Source: Eledone cirrhosa (taxonomy: Eukaryota). From it: a DNA stretch of 64,000 nt. Both the position numbers and the translations under genes were made by a program. This document shows positions 28,101-43,100 of this stretch, piece by piece. Below the pieces are notes generated by a model. That model saw only the letters and a program-made list of their open reading frames with translations, was not told where the DNA came from and made no database searches. How positions within the stretch are numbered: position 1 is the first letter of the stretch; every line of letters starts with the position of its first letter. The stretch lies in the NCBI GenBank assembly GCA_964016885.1, contig OZ024743.1, forward strand, positions 321,718,001 through 321,782,000, given 5' to 3'.

Positions 28101-31100
28101 GTTGAAGTGGAGACACACAGCAATATTGTGTTGAAGTGGGGCCACACAGCAACATTGTGTTGAAGTGGAGCCACACAGCAACATTGTGTTGAAGTGGAGC
28201 CACACAGCAACATTGTGTTGAAGTGGAGCCACACAGCAACATTGTGTTGAAGTGGAGCCACACAGCAACATTGTGTTGAAGTGGCGCCACATAGCAACAT
28301 TGTGTTGAAGTGGACCCACACAGCAACATTGTGTTGAAGTGGAGCCACACAGCAACATTGTATTGAAGTGGAGCTACACAGCAACATTGTATTGAAGTGG
28401 AGCCACACAGCAACATTGTGTTGAAGTGGAGCCACACAGCAACATTGTGTTGAAGTGGAGCCACACAGCAACATTGTGTTGAAGTGGAGCCACACAGCAA
28501 CATTGTGTTGAAGTGGAGACACACAGCAACATTGTGTTGAAGGGGAGACACAAGGCAACATTGTGTTGAAGTGGAGCCACACGGCAACATTGTGTTGAAG
28601 TGGAGCGACACAGCAACATTGTGCTGAAGGGGACCCACACAGCAACATTGTGTTGAAGTGGAGCCACACAGCGACATTGTGTTGAAGTGGAGCCACATAG
28701 CAACATTGTGTTGAATTGGAGCCACACAGCAACATTGTGCTGAAGGGGAGACACACAGCAACATTGTGTTGAAGGGGAGACACACAGCAACATTGTGTTG
28801 AAGTGGAGCCACACAGCAACATTGTGTTGAAGTGGAGCCACACAGCAACATTGTGCTGAAGTGGATCCACACAGCAACATTGTGCTGAAGTGGAGCCACA
28901 CAGCAACATTGTGTTGAAGTGGAGCCACACAGCAATAGTGTTGAAATGGAGCCACACAGCAACGTTGTGCTGAAGTGGAGCCACACAGCAACATTGTGCT
29001 GAAGTGGAGCCACACAGCAACATTGTGTTGAAGTGGAGCCACACAGCAACAGTGTTCAAGTGGAGCCACACAGCAACAGTGTTCAAGTGCAGCCACACAG
29101 CAACATTGTGTTGAAGTTGTGACACACATCAACATTGTGTTGAAGTGGAGCCACACAGCAACATTGTGTTAAAGTGAACCCACATAGCAACATTGTGTTG
29201 AAGTGGAGACAGACAGCAACATTGTGTTGAAGTGGAGCCACACAGCAACATTGTGTTGAAGTGGAGCCACACAGCAACATTGTGTTGAAGTGGAGACACA
29301 CAGCAACATTGTGTTGAAGGGGAGACACACGGCAACATTGTGTTGAAGTGGTGCCACACGGCAACATTGTGTTGAAGTGGAGCGACACAGCGACATTGTG
29401 TTGAAGTGGAGCCACATAGCAACATTGTGTTGAAGTGGAGCCACACAGCAACATTGTGCTGAAGGGGAGACACACAGCAACATTGTGTTGAAGGGGAGAC
29501 ACAGAGCAACATTGTGTTGAAGTGGAGCCACACAGCAACATTGTGTTGAAGTGGAGCCACACAGCAACATTGTGCTGAAGTGGATCCACACAGCAACATT
29601 GTGCTGAAGTGGAGCCACACAGCAACATTGTGTTGAAGTGGGGCCACACAGCAACAGTGTTCAAGTGGAGCCACACAGCAACAGTGTTCAAGTGGAGCCA
29701 CACAGCAACATTGTGTTGAAGTTGTGACACACAGCAACATTGTGTTGAAGTGGAGCCACACAGCAACATTGTGTTAAAGTGAACCCACATAGCAACATTG
29801 TGTTGAAGTGGAGCCACACAGCAACATTGTGTTGAAGTGGAGCCACACAGCAATTTTGTGTTGAAGTGGACCCACACAGCAACATTGTGTTGAAGTGGAC
29901 CCACACAGCAACATTGTGTTGAAGTGGAGCCACACATCAACATTGTGTTGAAGTGGACCCACACAGCAACATTGTGTTGAAGTGGAGCCACACAGCAACA
30001 TTGTGTTGAAGTGGAGCCACGCAGCAATATTGTGTTGAAGTGGAGCCACGCAGCAACATTGTGTTGAAGTGGAGCCACACAGCAACATTGTGCTGAAGTG
30101 GAGTCACACAGCAACATTGTGTTGAAGTGGAGCCACACAGCAATATTGTGTTGAAGTGGACCCACACAGCAACATTGTGTTGAAGTGGAGCCACACAGCA
30201 ACATTGTGTTGAAGGGGAGACACAGAGCAACATTGTGTTGAAGTGGAGCCACACAGCAAAATTGTGTTGAAGTGGAGCCACACAGCAACATTGTGTTGAA
30301 GTGGAGCCACACAGCAACATTGTGTTTAAGTGGAGCCACATAGCAACATTGTGCTGAAGTGGAGCCACACAGCAACATTGTGTTGAAGTGGAGCCACACA
30401 GCAACATTGTGCTGAAGTGGAGCCACATAGCAACATTTTGTTGAAGTGGAACCACACAGCAACATTGTGTTGAAGTGGAGCCACACAGCAAAATTGTGTT
30501 GAAGTGGACCCACACAGCAACATTGTGTTGAAGTGGAGCCACACAGCGCAACATTGTGTTGAAGTAGAGCCACATAGCAGCATTGTCCTGAAGTGGAACC
30601 ACACAGCAACATTAGTGCTGAAGTGGAGCCACATAGCAACATTGTCCTGTAGTGGAACCACATAGCTACATTGTCCTGAAGTGGAGCTACACAGCAACAT
30701 TGTGCTGAAGAGGAGCTACACAGCAACATTGTGTTGAAGTGGAGCAACATAGCAACATTGTGTTGAAATGGAGCCACACAGCAATATTGTGTTGAATTGG
30801 AGCGACATAGCAACATTGTGCTGAAGTGGAGCCACATAGCAACATTGTGCTGAAGTGGAGCCACACAGCAACATTGTGTTGAAGTGGAGCCACACAGCAA
30901 CATTGTGCTGAAGTGGAGCCACATAGCAACATTGTCCTGAAGTGGAGCCACACAGCAACATTGTGTTGAAGTGGAACCACACATCAACATCGTGTTGAAG
31001 TGGAGCCACACAGCAATATTGTGTTGAAGTGGAGCCACACAGCAACATTGTGTTGAAGTGGAGCCACACAGCAACATTGTGCTGAAGTGGAGCTACACAG

Positions 31101-34100
31101 CAACATTGTGCTGAAGTGGAGACACACAGCAATATTGTGTTGAAGTGGGGCCACACAGCAACATTGTGTTGAAGTAGAGCCACACAGCAACATTGTGTTG
31201 AAGTGGAGCCACACAGCAACATTGTGTTGAAGTGGAGCCACACAGCAACATTGTGTTGAAGTGGAGCCACACAGCAACATTGTGTTGAAGTGGAGCCACA
31301 CAGCAACATTGTGTTGAAGTGGAGCCACACAGCAACATTGTGTTGAAGTGGACCCACACAGCAACATTGTGTTGAAGTGGAGCCACACAGCAACATTGTA
31401 TTGAAGTGGAGCCACACAGCAACATTGTATTGAAGTGGAGCCACACAGCAACGTTGTGTTGAAGTGGAGCCACACAGCAACATTGTGTTGAAGTGGAGCC
31501 ACACAGCAACATTGTGTTGAAGTGGAGCCACACAGCAACATTGTGTTGAAGTGGAGACACACAGCAACATTGTGTTGAAGGGGAGACACAAGGCAACATT
31601 GTGTTGAAGTGGAGCCACACGGCAACATTGTGTTGAAGTGGAGCGACACAGCAACATTGTGCTGAAGGGGACCCACACAGCAACATTGTGTTGAAGTGGA
31701 GCCACACAGCAACATTGTGTTGAAGTGGAGCCACATAGCAACATTGTGTTGAATTGGAGCCACACAGCAACATTGTGCTGAAGGGGAGACACACAGCAAC
31801 ATTGTGTTGAAGGGGAGACACACAGCAACATTGTGTTGAAGTGGAGCCACACAGCAACATTGTGTTGAAGTGGAGCCACACAGCAACATTGTGCTGAAGT
31901 GGAGCCACACAGCAACATTGTGCTGAAGTGGAGCCACACAGCAACATTGTGTTGAAGTGGAGCCACACAGCAACATTGTGTTGAAATGGAGCCACACAGC
32001 AACGTTGTGCTGAAGTGGAGCCACACAGCAACATTGTGCTGAAGTGGAGCCACACAGCAACATTGTGTTGAAGTGGAGCCACACAGCAACAGTGTTCAAG
32101 TGGAGCCACACAGCAACAGTGTTCAAGTGGAGCCACACAGCAACATTGTGTTGAATTTGTGACACACATCAACATTGTGTTGAAGTGGAGCCACACAGCA
32201 ACATTGTGTTAAAGTGAACCCACATAGCAACATTGTGTTGAAGTGGAGACAGACAGCAACATTGTGTTGAAGTGGAGCCACACAGCAACATTGTGTTGAA
32301 GTGGAGCCACACAGCAACATTGTGTTGAAGTGGAGACACACAGCAACATTGTGTTGAAGTGGAGACACACAGCAACATTGTGTTGAAGTGGTGTCACACG
32401 GCAACATTGTGTTGAAGTGGAGCGACACAGCGACATTGTGTTGAAGTGGAGCGACACAGCGACATTGTGTTGAAGTGGAGCCACACAGCAACATTGTGTT
32501 GAAGTGGAGCCACACAGCAACATTGTGTTGAAGGGGAGACACACAGCAACATTGTGTTGAAGGGGAGACACACAGCAACATTGTGTTGAAGTGGAGCCAC
32601 ACAGCAACATTGTGTTGAAGTGGAGCCACACAGCAACATTGTGCTGAAGTGGATCCACACAGCAACATTGTGCTGAAGTGGAGCCACACAGCAACAGTGT
32701 TCAAGTGGAGCCACACAGCAACAGTGTTCAAGTGGAGCCACACAGCAACATTGTGTTGAAGTTGTGACACACAGCAACATTGTGTTGAAGTGGAGCCACA
32801 CAGCAACATTGTGTTAAAGTGAACCCACATAGCAACATTGTGTTGAAGTGGAGACACACAGCAACATTGTGTTGAAGTGGAGCCACACAGCAACATTGTG
32901 TTGAAGTGGAGCCACACAGCAATTTTGTGTTGAAGTGGAGCCACACAGCAACATTGTGTTGAAGTGGAGCCACACAGCAACATTGTGTTGAAGTTGTGAC
33001 ACACAGCAACATTGTGTTGAAGTGGAGCCACACAGCAACATTGTGTTAAAGTGAACCCACATAGCAACATTGTGTTGAAGTGGAGACACACAGCAACATT
33101 GTGTTGAAGTGGAGCCACACAGCAACATTGTGTTGAAGTGGAGCCACACAGCAATTTTGTGTTGAAGTAGGGCCACACAGCAACATTGTGTTGAAGTGGA
33201 GCCACACAGCAACATTGTGTTGAAGTGGAGCCACACAGCAACATTGTGTTGAAGTGGAGACACACAGCAACATTGTGTTGAAGGGGAGACACAAGGCAAC
33301 ATTGTGTTGAAGTGGAGCCACACGGCAACATTGTGTTGAAGTGGAGCGACACAGCAACATTGCGCTGAAGGGGACCCACACAGCAACATTGTGTTGAAGT
33401 GGAGCCACACAGCGACATTGTGTTGAAGTGGAGCCACATAGCAACATTGTGTTGAATTGGAGCCACACAGCAACATTGTGCTGAAGGGGAGACACACAGC
33501 AACATTGTGTTGAAGGGGAAACACACAGCAACATTGTGTTGAAGTGGAGCCACACAGCAACATTGTGTTGAAGTGGAGCCACACAGCAACATTGTGCTGA
33601 AGTGGAGCCACACAGCAACATTGTGCTGAAGTGGAGCCACACAACAACATTGTGTTGAGGTGGAGCCACACAGCAACATTGTGTTGAAATGGAGCCACAC
33701 AGCAACGTTGTGCTGAAGTGGAGCCACACAGCAACATTGTGCTGAAGTGGAGCCACACAGCAACATTGTGTTGAAGTGGAGCCACACAGCAACAGTGTTC
33801 AAGTGGAGCCACACAGCAACAGTGTTCAAGTGGAGCCACACAGCAACATTGTGTTGAAGTTGTGACACACATCAACATTGTGTTGAAGTGGAGCCACACA
33901 GCAACATTGTGTTAAAGTGAACCCACATAGCAACATTGTGTTGAAGTGGAGACAGACAGCAACATTGTGTTGAAGTGGAGCCACACAGCAACATTGTGTT
34001 GAAGTGGAGCCACACAGCAATTTTGTGTTGAAGTGGACCCACACAGCAACATTGTGTTGAAGTGGAGCCACACATCAACATTGTGTTGAAGTGGACCCAC

Positions 34101-37100
34101 ACAGCGACATTGTGTTGAAGTGGAGCCACATAGCAACATTGTGTTGAAGTGGAGCCACACAGCAACATTGTGCTGAAGGGGAGACACACAGCAACATTGT
34201 GCTGAAGGGGAGACACACAGCAACATTGTGTTGAAGGGGAGACACACAGCAACATTGTGTTGAAGTGGAGCCACACAGCAACATTGTGTTGAAGTGGAGC
34301 CACACAGCAACATTGTGCTGAAGTGGATCCACACAGCAACATTGTGCTGAAGTGGAGCCACACAGCAACATTGTGTTGAAGTGGGCCCACACAGCAACAA
34401 TGTTCAAGTGGAGCCACACAGCAACAGTGTTCAAGTGGAGCCACACAGCAACATTGTGTTGAAGTTGTGACACACAGCAACATTGTGTTGAAGTGGAGCC
34501 ACACAGCAACATTGTGTTAAAGTGAACCCACATAGCAACATTGTGTTGAAGTGGAGACACACAGCAACATTGTGTTGAAGTGGAGCCACACAGCAACATT
34601 GTGTTGAAGTGGAGCCACACAGCAATTTTGTGTTGAAGTGGACCCACACAGCAACATTGTGTTGAAGTGGAGCCACACATCAACATTGTGTTGAAGTGGA
34701 CCCACACAGCAACATTGTGTTGAAGTGGAGCCACACAGCAACATTGTGTTGAAGTGGAGCCACACAGCAATATTGTGTTGAAGTGGAGCCACGCAGCAAC
34801 ATTGTGTTGAAGTGGAGCCACACAGCAACATTGTGCTGAAGTGGAGTCACACAGCAACATTGTGTTGAAGTGGAGCCACACAGCAATATTGTGTTGAAGT
34901 GGACCCACACAGCAACATTGTGTTGAAGTGGAGCCACACAGCAACATTGTGTTGAAGGGGAGACACAGAGCAACATTGTGTTGAAGTGGAGCCACACAGC
35001 AAAATTGTGTTGAAGTGGAGCCACTCAGTAACATTGTGTTGAAGTGGAGCCACACAGCAACATTGTGTTTAAGTGGAGCCACATAGCAACATTGTGCTGA
35101 AGTGGAGCCACACAGCAACATTGTGTTGAAGTGGAGCCACACAGCAACATTGTGCTGAAGTGGAGCCACATAGCAACATTTTGTTGAAGTGGAACCACAC
35201 AGCAACGTTGTGTTGAAGTGGAGCCACACAGCAATATTGTGTTGAAGTGGAGCCACACAGCAAAATTGTGTTGAAGTGGACCCACACAGCAACATTGTGT
35301 TGAAGTGGAGCCACACAGCGCAACATTGTGTTGAAGTAGAGCCACATAGCAGCATTGTCCTGAAGTGGAACCACACAGCAACATTAGTGCTGAAGTGGAG
35401 CCACATAGCAACATTGTCCTGTAGTGGAACCACATAGCAACATTGTCCTGAAGTGGAGCTACACAGCAACATTGTGCTGAAGAGGAGCTACACAGCAACA
35501 TTGTGTTGAAGTGGAGCAACATAGCAACATTGTGTTGAAATGGAGCCACACAGCAATATTGTGTTGAATTGGAGCGACATAGCAACATTGTGCTGAAGTG
35601 GAGCCACATAGCAACATTGTGCTGAAGTGGAGCCACATAGCAACATTGTCCTGATGTGGAGCCACACAGCAACATTGTGTTGAAGTGGAACCACACATCA
35701 ACATCGTGTTGAAGTGGAGCCACACAGCAACATTGTGTTGAAGTGGAGCCACACAGCAACATTGTGTTGAAGTGGAGCCACACAGCAACATTGTGCTGAA
35801 GTGGAGCTACACAGCAACATTGTGCTGAAGTGGAGACACACAGCAATATTGTGTTGAAGTGGGGCCACACAGCAACATTGTGTTGAAGTGGAGCCACACA
35901 GCAACATTGTGTTGAAGTGGAGCCACACAGCAACATTGTGTTGAAGTGGAGCCACACAGCAACATTGTGTTGAAGTGGAGCCACACAGCAGCATTGTGTT
36001 GAAGTGGACCCACACAGCAACATTGTGTTGAAGTGGAGCCACACAGCAACATTGTATTGAAGTGGAGCCACACAGCAACATTGTATTGAAGTGGAGCCAC
36101 ACAGCAACATTGTGTTGAAGTGGAGCCACACAGCAACATTGTGTTGAAGTGGAGCCACACAGCAACATTGTGTTGAAGTGGAGCCACACAGCAACATTGT
36201 GTTGAAGTGGAGACACACAGCAACATTGTGTTGAAAGGGAGACACAAGGCAACATTGTGTTGAAGTGGAGCCACACGGCAACATTGTGTTGAAGTGGAGC
36301 GACACAGCAACATTGTGCTGAAGGGGACCCACACAGCAACATTGTGTTGAAGTGGAGCCACACAGCGACATTGTGTTGAAGTGGAGCCACATAGCAACAT
36401 TGTGTTGAATTGGAGCCACACAGCAACATTGTGCTGAAGGGGAGACACACAGCAACATTGTGTTGAAGGGGAGACACACAGCAACATTGTGTTGAAGTGG
36501 AGCCACACAGCAACATTGTGTTGAAGTGGAGCCACACAGCAACATTGTGCTGAAGTGGAGCCACACAGCAACATTGTGCTGAAGTGGAGCCACACAGCAA
36601 CATTTGCTGAAGTGGAGCCACACAGCAACATTGTGTTGAAGTGGAGCCACACAGCAACATTGTGTTGAAATGGAGCCACACAGCAACGTTGTGCTGAAGT
36701 GGAGCCACACAGCAACATTGTGCTGAAGTGGAGCCACACAGCAACATTGTGTTGAAGTGGAGCCACACAGCAACAGTGTTCAAGTGGAGCCACACAGCAA
36801 CAGTGTTCAAGTGGAGCCACACAGCAACATTGTGTTGAATTTGTGACACACATCAACATTGTGTTGAAGTGGAGCCACACAGCAACATTGTGTTAAAGTG
36901 AACCCACATAGCAACATTGTGTTGAAGTGGAGACAGACAGCAACATTGTGTTGAAGTGGAGCCACACAGCAACATTGTGTTGAAGTGGAGACACACAGCA
37001 ACATTGTGTTGAAGGGGAGACACACGGCAACATTGTGTTGAAGTGGAGCCACACAGCAACATTGTGTTGAAGTGGAGACACACAGCAACATTGTGTTGAA

Positions 37101-40100
37101 GGGGAGACACACGGCAACATTGTGTTGGAGTGGTGCCACACGGCAACATTGTGTTGAAGTGGAGCGACACAGCGACATTGTGTTGAAGTGGAGCCACATA
37201 GCAACATTGTGTTGAAGAGGAGCCACACAGCAACATTGTGCTGAAGGGGAGACACACAGCAACATTGTGTTGAAGGGGAGACACACAGCAACATTGTGTT
37301 GAAGTGGAGCCACACAGCAACATTGTGTTGAAGTGGAGCCACACAGCAACATTGTGCTAAAGTGGATCCACACAGCAACATTGTGCTGAAGTGGAGCCAC
37401 ACAGCAACATTGTGTTGAAGTGGGGCCACACAGCAACAGTGTTCAAGTGGGGCCACACAGCAACAGTGTTCAAGTGGAGCCACACAGCAACATTGTGTTG
37501 AAGTTGTGACACACAGCAACATTGTGTTGAAGTGGAGCCACACAGCAACATTGTGTTGAAGTGGAGCCACACAGCAACATTGTGTTGAAGTGGAGACACA
37601 CAGCAACATTGTGTTGAAGTGGAGCCACACAGCAACATTGTGTTGAAGTGGAGCCACACAGCAACATTGTGTTGAAGTGGACCCACACAGCAACATTGTG
37701 TTGAAGTGGAGCCACACATCAACATTGTGTTGAAGTGGACCCACACAGCAACATTGTGTTGAAGTGGAGCCACACAGCAACATTGTGTTGAAGTGGAGCC
37801 ACGCAGCAATATTGTGTTGAAGTGGAGCCACGCAGCAACATTGTGTTGAAGTGGAGCCACACAGCAACATTGTGCTGAAGTGGAGTCACACAGCAACATT
37901 GTGTTGAAGTGGAGCCACACAGCAATATTGTGTTGAAGTGGACCCACACAGCAACATTGTGTTGAAGTGGAGCCACACAGCAACATTGTGTTGAAGGGGA
38001 GACACAGAGCAACATTGTGTTGAAGTGGAGCCACACAGCCAAATTGTGTTGAAGTGGAGCCACACAGCAACATTGTGTTGAAGTGGAGCCACACAGCAAC
38101 ATTGTGTTGAAGTGGACCCACACAGCAACATTGTGTTGAAGTGGAGACACACAGCAACATTGTGTTGAAGTGGAGCAACACAGTAACATTGTGTTGAAGT
38201 GGAGCGACACAGCAACATTGTGCTGAAGGGGAGCCACACAGCAACATTGTCCTGAAGTCGAGCCACACAGCAACATTGTGTTGAAGTGGAGCCACACAGC
38301 AACATTGTGTTGAAGTGGACCCACACAGCAACATTGTGTTGAAGTGGAGCCACACAGCAACATTGTATTGAAGTGGAGCCACACCGCAACATTGTATTGA
38401 AGTGGAGCCACACAGCAACATTGTGTTGAAGTGGAGCCACACAGCAACATTGTGTTGAAGTGGAGCCACACAGCTACATTGTGTTGAAGTGGAGCCACAC
38501 AGCAACATTGTGTTGAAGTGGAGACACACAGCAACATTGTGTTGAAGGGGAGACACAAGGCAACATTGTGTTGAAGTGGAGCCACACGGCAACATTGTGT
38601 TGAAGTGGAGCGACACAGCAACATTGTGCTGAAGGGGACCCACACAGCAACATTGTGTTGAAGTGGAGCCACACAGCGACATTGTGTTGAAGTGGAGCCA
38701 CATAGCAACATTGTGTTGAATTGGAGCCACACAGCAACATTGTGCTGAAGGGGAGACCCACAGCAACATTGTGTTGAAGGGGAGACACACAGCAACATTG
38801 TGTTGAAGTGGAGCCACACAGCAACATTGTGTTGAAGTGGAGCCACACAGCAACATTGTGTTGAAGTGGAGCCACACAGCAACATTGTGTTGAAGTGGAG
38901 CCACACAGCAACATTGTGCTGAAGTGGAGCTACACAGCAACATTGTGCTGAAGTGGAGCCACACAGCAACATTGTGCTGAAGTGGAGCCACACAGCAACA
39001 TTGTGTTGAAGTGGAGCCACACAGCAACATTGTGTTGAAATGGAGCCACACAGCAACGTTGTGCTGAAGTGGAGCCACACAGCAACATTGTGCTGAAGTG
39101 GAGCCACACAGCAACATTGTGTTGAAGTGGAGCCACACAGCAACAGTGTTCAAGTGGAGCCACACAGCAACAGTGTTCAAGTGGAGCCATACAGCAACAT
39201 TGTGTTGAATTTGTGACACACATCAACATTGTGTTGAAGTGGAGCCACACAGCAACATTGTGTTAAAGTGAACCCACATAGCAACATTGTGTTGAAGTGG
39301 AGACAGACAGCAACATTGTGTTGAAGTGGAGCCACACAGCAACATTGTGTTGAAGTGGAGCCACACAGCAACATTGTGTTGAAGTGGAGACACACAGCAA
39401 CATTGTGTTGAAGGGGAGACACACGGCAACATTGTGTTGAAGTGGTGCCACACGGCAACATTGTGTTGAAGTGGAGCGACACAGCGACATTGTGTTGAAG
39501 TGGAGCCACATAGCAACATTGTGTTGAAGTGGAGCCACACAGCAACATTGTGCTGAAGGGGAGACACACAGCAACATTGTGTTGAAGGGGAGACACACAG
39601 CAACATTGTGTTGAAGTGGAGCCACACAGCAACATTGTGTTGAAGTGGAGCCACACAGCAACATTGTGCTAAAGTGGATCCACACAGCAACATTGTGCTG
39701 AAGTGGAGCCACACAGCAACATTGTGTTGAAGTGGGGCCACACAGCAACAGTGTTCAAGTGGAGCCACACAGCAACAGTGTTCAAGTGGAGCCACACAGC
39801 AACATTGTGTTGAAGTTGTGACACACAGCAACATTGTGTTGAAGTGGAGCCACACAGCAACATTGTGTTAAAGTGAACCCACATAGCAACATTGTGTTGA
39901 AGTGGAGACACACAGCAACATTGTGTTGAAGTGGAGCCACACAGCAACATTGTGTTGAAGTGGAGCCACACAGCAATTTTGTGTTGAAGTGGACCCACAC
40001 AGCAACATTGTGTTGAAGTGGAGCCACACATCAACATTGTGTTGAAGTGGACCCACACAGCAACATTGTGTTGAAGTGGAGCCACACAGCGCAACATTGT

Positions 40101-43100
40101 GTTGAAGTAGAGCCACATAGCAGCATTGTCCTGAAGTGGAACCACACAGCAACATTAGTGCTGAAGTGGAGCCACATAGCAACATTGTCCTGTAGTGGAA
40201 CCACATAGCAACATTGTCCTGAAGTGGAGCTACACAGCAACATTGTGCTGAAGAGGAGCTACACAGCAACATTGTGTTGAAGTGGAGCAACATAGCAACA
40301 TTGTGTTGAAATGGAGCCACACAGCAATATTGTGTTGAATTGGAGCGACATAGCAACATTGTGCTGAAGTGGAGCCACATAGCAACATTGTGCTGAAGTG
40401 GAGCCACACAGCAACATTGTGTTGAAGTGGAGCCACACAGCAACATTGTGCTGAAGTGGAGCCACATAGCAACATTGTCCTGATGTGGAGCCACACAGCA
40501 ACATTGTGTTGAAGTGGAACCACACATCAACATCGTGTTGAAGTGGAGCCACACAGCAATATTGTGTTGAAGTGGAGCCACACAGCAACATTGTGTTGAA
40601 GTGGAGCCACACAGCAACATTGTGCTGAAGTGGAGCTACACAGCAACATTGTGCTGAAGTGGAGACACACAGCAATATTGTGTTGAAGTGGGGCCACACA
40701 GCAACATTGTGTTGAAGTGGAGCCACACAGCAACATTGTGTTGAAGTGGAGCCACACAGCAACATTGTGTTGAAGTGGAGCAACACAGTAACATTGTGTT
40801 GAAGTGGAGCGACACAGCAACATTGTGCTGAAGGGGAGCCACACAGCAACATTGTCCTGAAGTCGAGCCACACAGCAACATTGTGTTGAAGTGGAGCCAC
40901 ACAGCAACATTGTGTTGAAGTGGACCCACACAGCAACATTGTGTTGAAGTGGAGCCACACAGCAACATTGTATTGAAGTGGAGCCACACCGCAACATTGT
41001 ATTGAAGTGGAGCCACACAGCAACATTGTGTTGAAGTGGAGCCACACAGCAACATTGTGTTGAAGTGGAGCCACACAGCTACATTGTGTTGAAGTGGAGC
41101 CACACAGCAACATTGTGTTGAAGTGGAGACACACAGCAACATTGTGTTGAAGGGGAGACACAAGGCAACATTGTGTTGAAGTGGAGCCACACGGCAACAT
41201 TGTGTTGAAGTGGAGCGACACAGCAACATTGTGCTGAAGGGGACCCACACAGCAACATTGTGTTGAAGTGGAGCCACACAGCGACATTGTGTTGAAGTGG
41301 AGCCACATAGCAACATTGTGTTGAATTGGAACCACACAGCAACATTGTGCTGAAGGGGAGACCCACAGCAACATTGTGTTGAAGGGGAGACACACAGCAA
41401 CATTGTGTTGAAGTGGAGCCACACAGCAACATTGTGTTGAAGTGGAGCCACACAGCAACATTGTGTTGAAGTGGAGCCACACAGCAACATTGTGTTGAAG
41501 TGGAGCCACACAGCAACATTGTGCTGAAGTGGAGCTACACAGCAACATTGTGCTGAAGTGGAGCCACACAGCAACATTGTGCTGAAGTGGAGCCACACAG
41601 CAACATTGTGTTGAAGTGGAGCCACACAGCAACATTGTGTTGAAATGGAGCCACACAGCAACGTTGTGCTGAAGTGGAGCCACACAGCAACATTGTGCTG
41701 AAGTGGAGCCACACAGCAACATTGTGTTGAAGTGGAGCCACACAGCAACAGTGTTCAAGTGGAGCCACACAGCAACAGTGTTCAAGTGGAGCCATACAGC
41801 AACATTGTGTTGAATTTGTGACACACATCAACATTGTGTTGAAGTGGAGCCACACAGCAACATTGTGTTAAAGTGAACCCACATAGCAACATTGTGTTGA
41901 AGTGGAGACAGACAGCAACATTGTGTTGAAGTGGAGCCACACAGCAACATTGTGTTGAAGTGGAGCCACACAGCAACATTGTGTTGAAGTGGAGACACAC
42001 AGCAACATTGTGTTGAAGGGGAGACACACGGCAACATTGTGTTGAAGTGGTGCCACACGGCAACATTGTGTTGAAGTGGAGCGACACAGCGACATTGTGT
42101 TGAAGTGGAGCCACATAGCAACATTGTGTTGAAGTGGAGCCACACAGCAACATTGTGCTGAAGGGGAGACACACAGCAACATTGTGTTGAAGGGGAGACA
42201 CACAGCAACATTGTGTTGAAGTGGAGCCACACAGCAACATTGTGTTGAAGTGGAGCCACACAGCAACATTGTGCTAAAGTGGATCCACACAGCAACATTG
42301 TGCTGAAGTGGAGCCACACAGCAACATTGTGTTGAAGTGGGGCCACACAGCAACAGTGTTCAAGTGGAGCCACACAGCAACAGTGTTCAAGTGGAGCCAC
42401 ACAGCAACATTGTGTTGAAGTTGTGACACACAGCAACATTGTGTTGAAGTGGAGCCACACAGCAACATTGTGTTAAAGTGAACCCACATAGCAACATTGT
42501 GTTGAAGTGGAGACACACAGCAACATTGTGTTGAAGTGGAGCCACACAGCAACATTGTGTTGAAGTGGAGCCACACAGCAATTTTGTGTTGAAGTGGACC
42601 CACACAGCAACATTGTGTTGAAGTGGAGCCACACATCAACATTGTGTTGAAGTGGACCCACACAGCAACATTGTGTTGAAGTGGAGCCACACAGCGCAAC
42701 ATTGTGTTGAAGTAGAGCCACATAGCAGCATTGTCCTGAAGTGGAACCACACAGCAACATTAGTGCTGAAGTGGAGCCACATAGCAACATTGTCCTGTAG
42801 TGGAACCACATAGCAACATTGTCCTGAAGTGGAGCTACACAGCAACATTGTGCTGAAGAGGAGCTACACAGCAACATTGTGTTGAAGTGGAGCAACATAG
42901 CAACATTGTGTTGAAATGGAGCCACACAGCAATATTGTGTTGAATTGGAGCGACATAGCAACATTGTGCTGAAGTGGAGCCACATAGCAACATTGTGCTG
43001 AAGTGGAGCCACACAGCAACATTGTGTTGAAGTGGAGCCACACAGCAACATTGTGCTGAAGTGGAGCCACATAGCAACATTGTCCTGATGTGGAGCCACA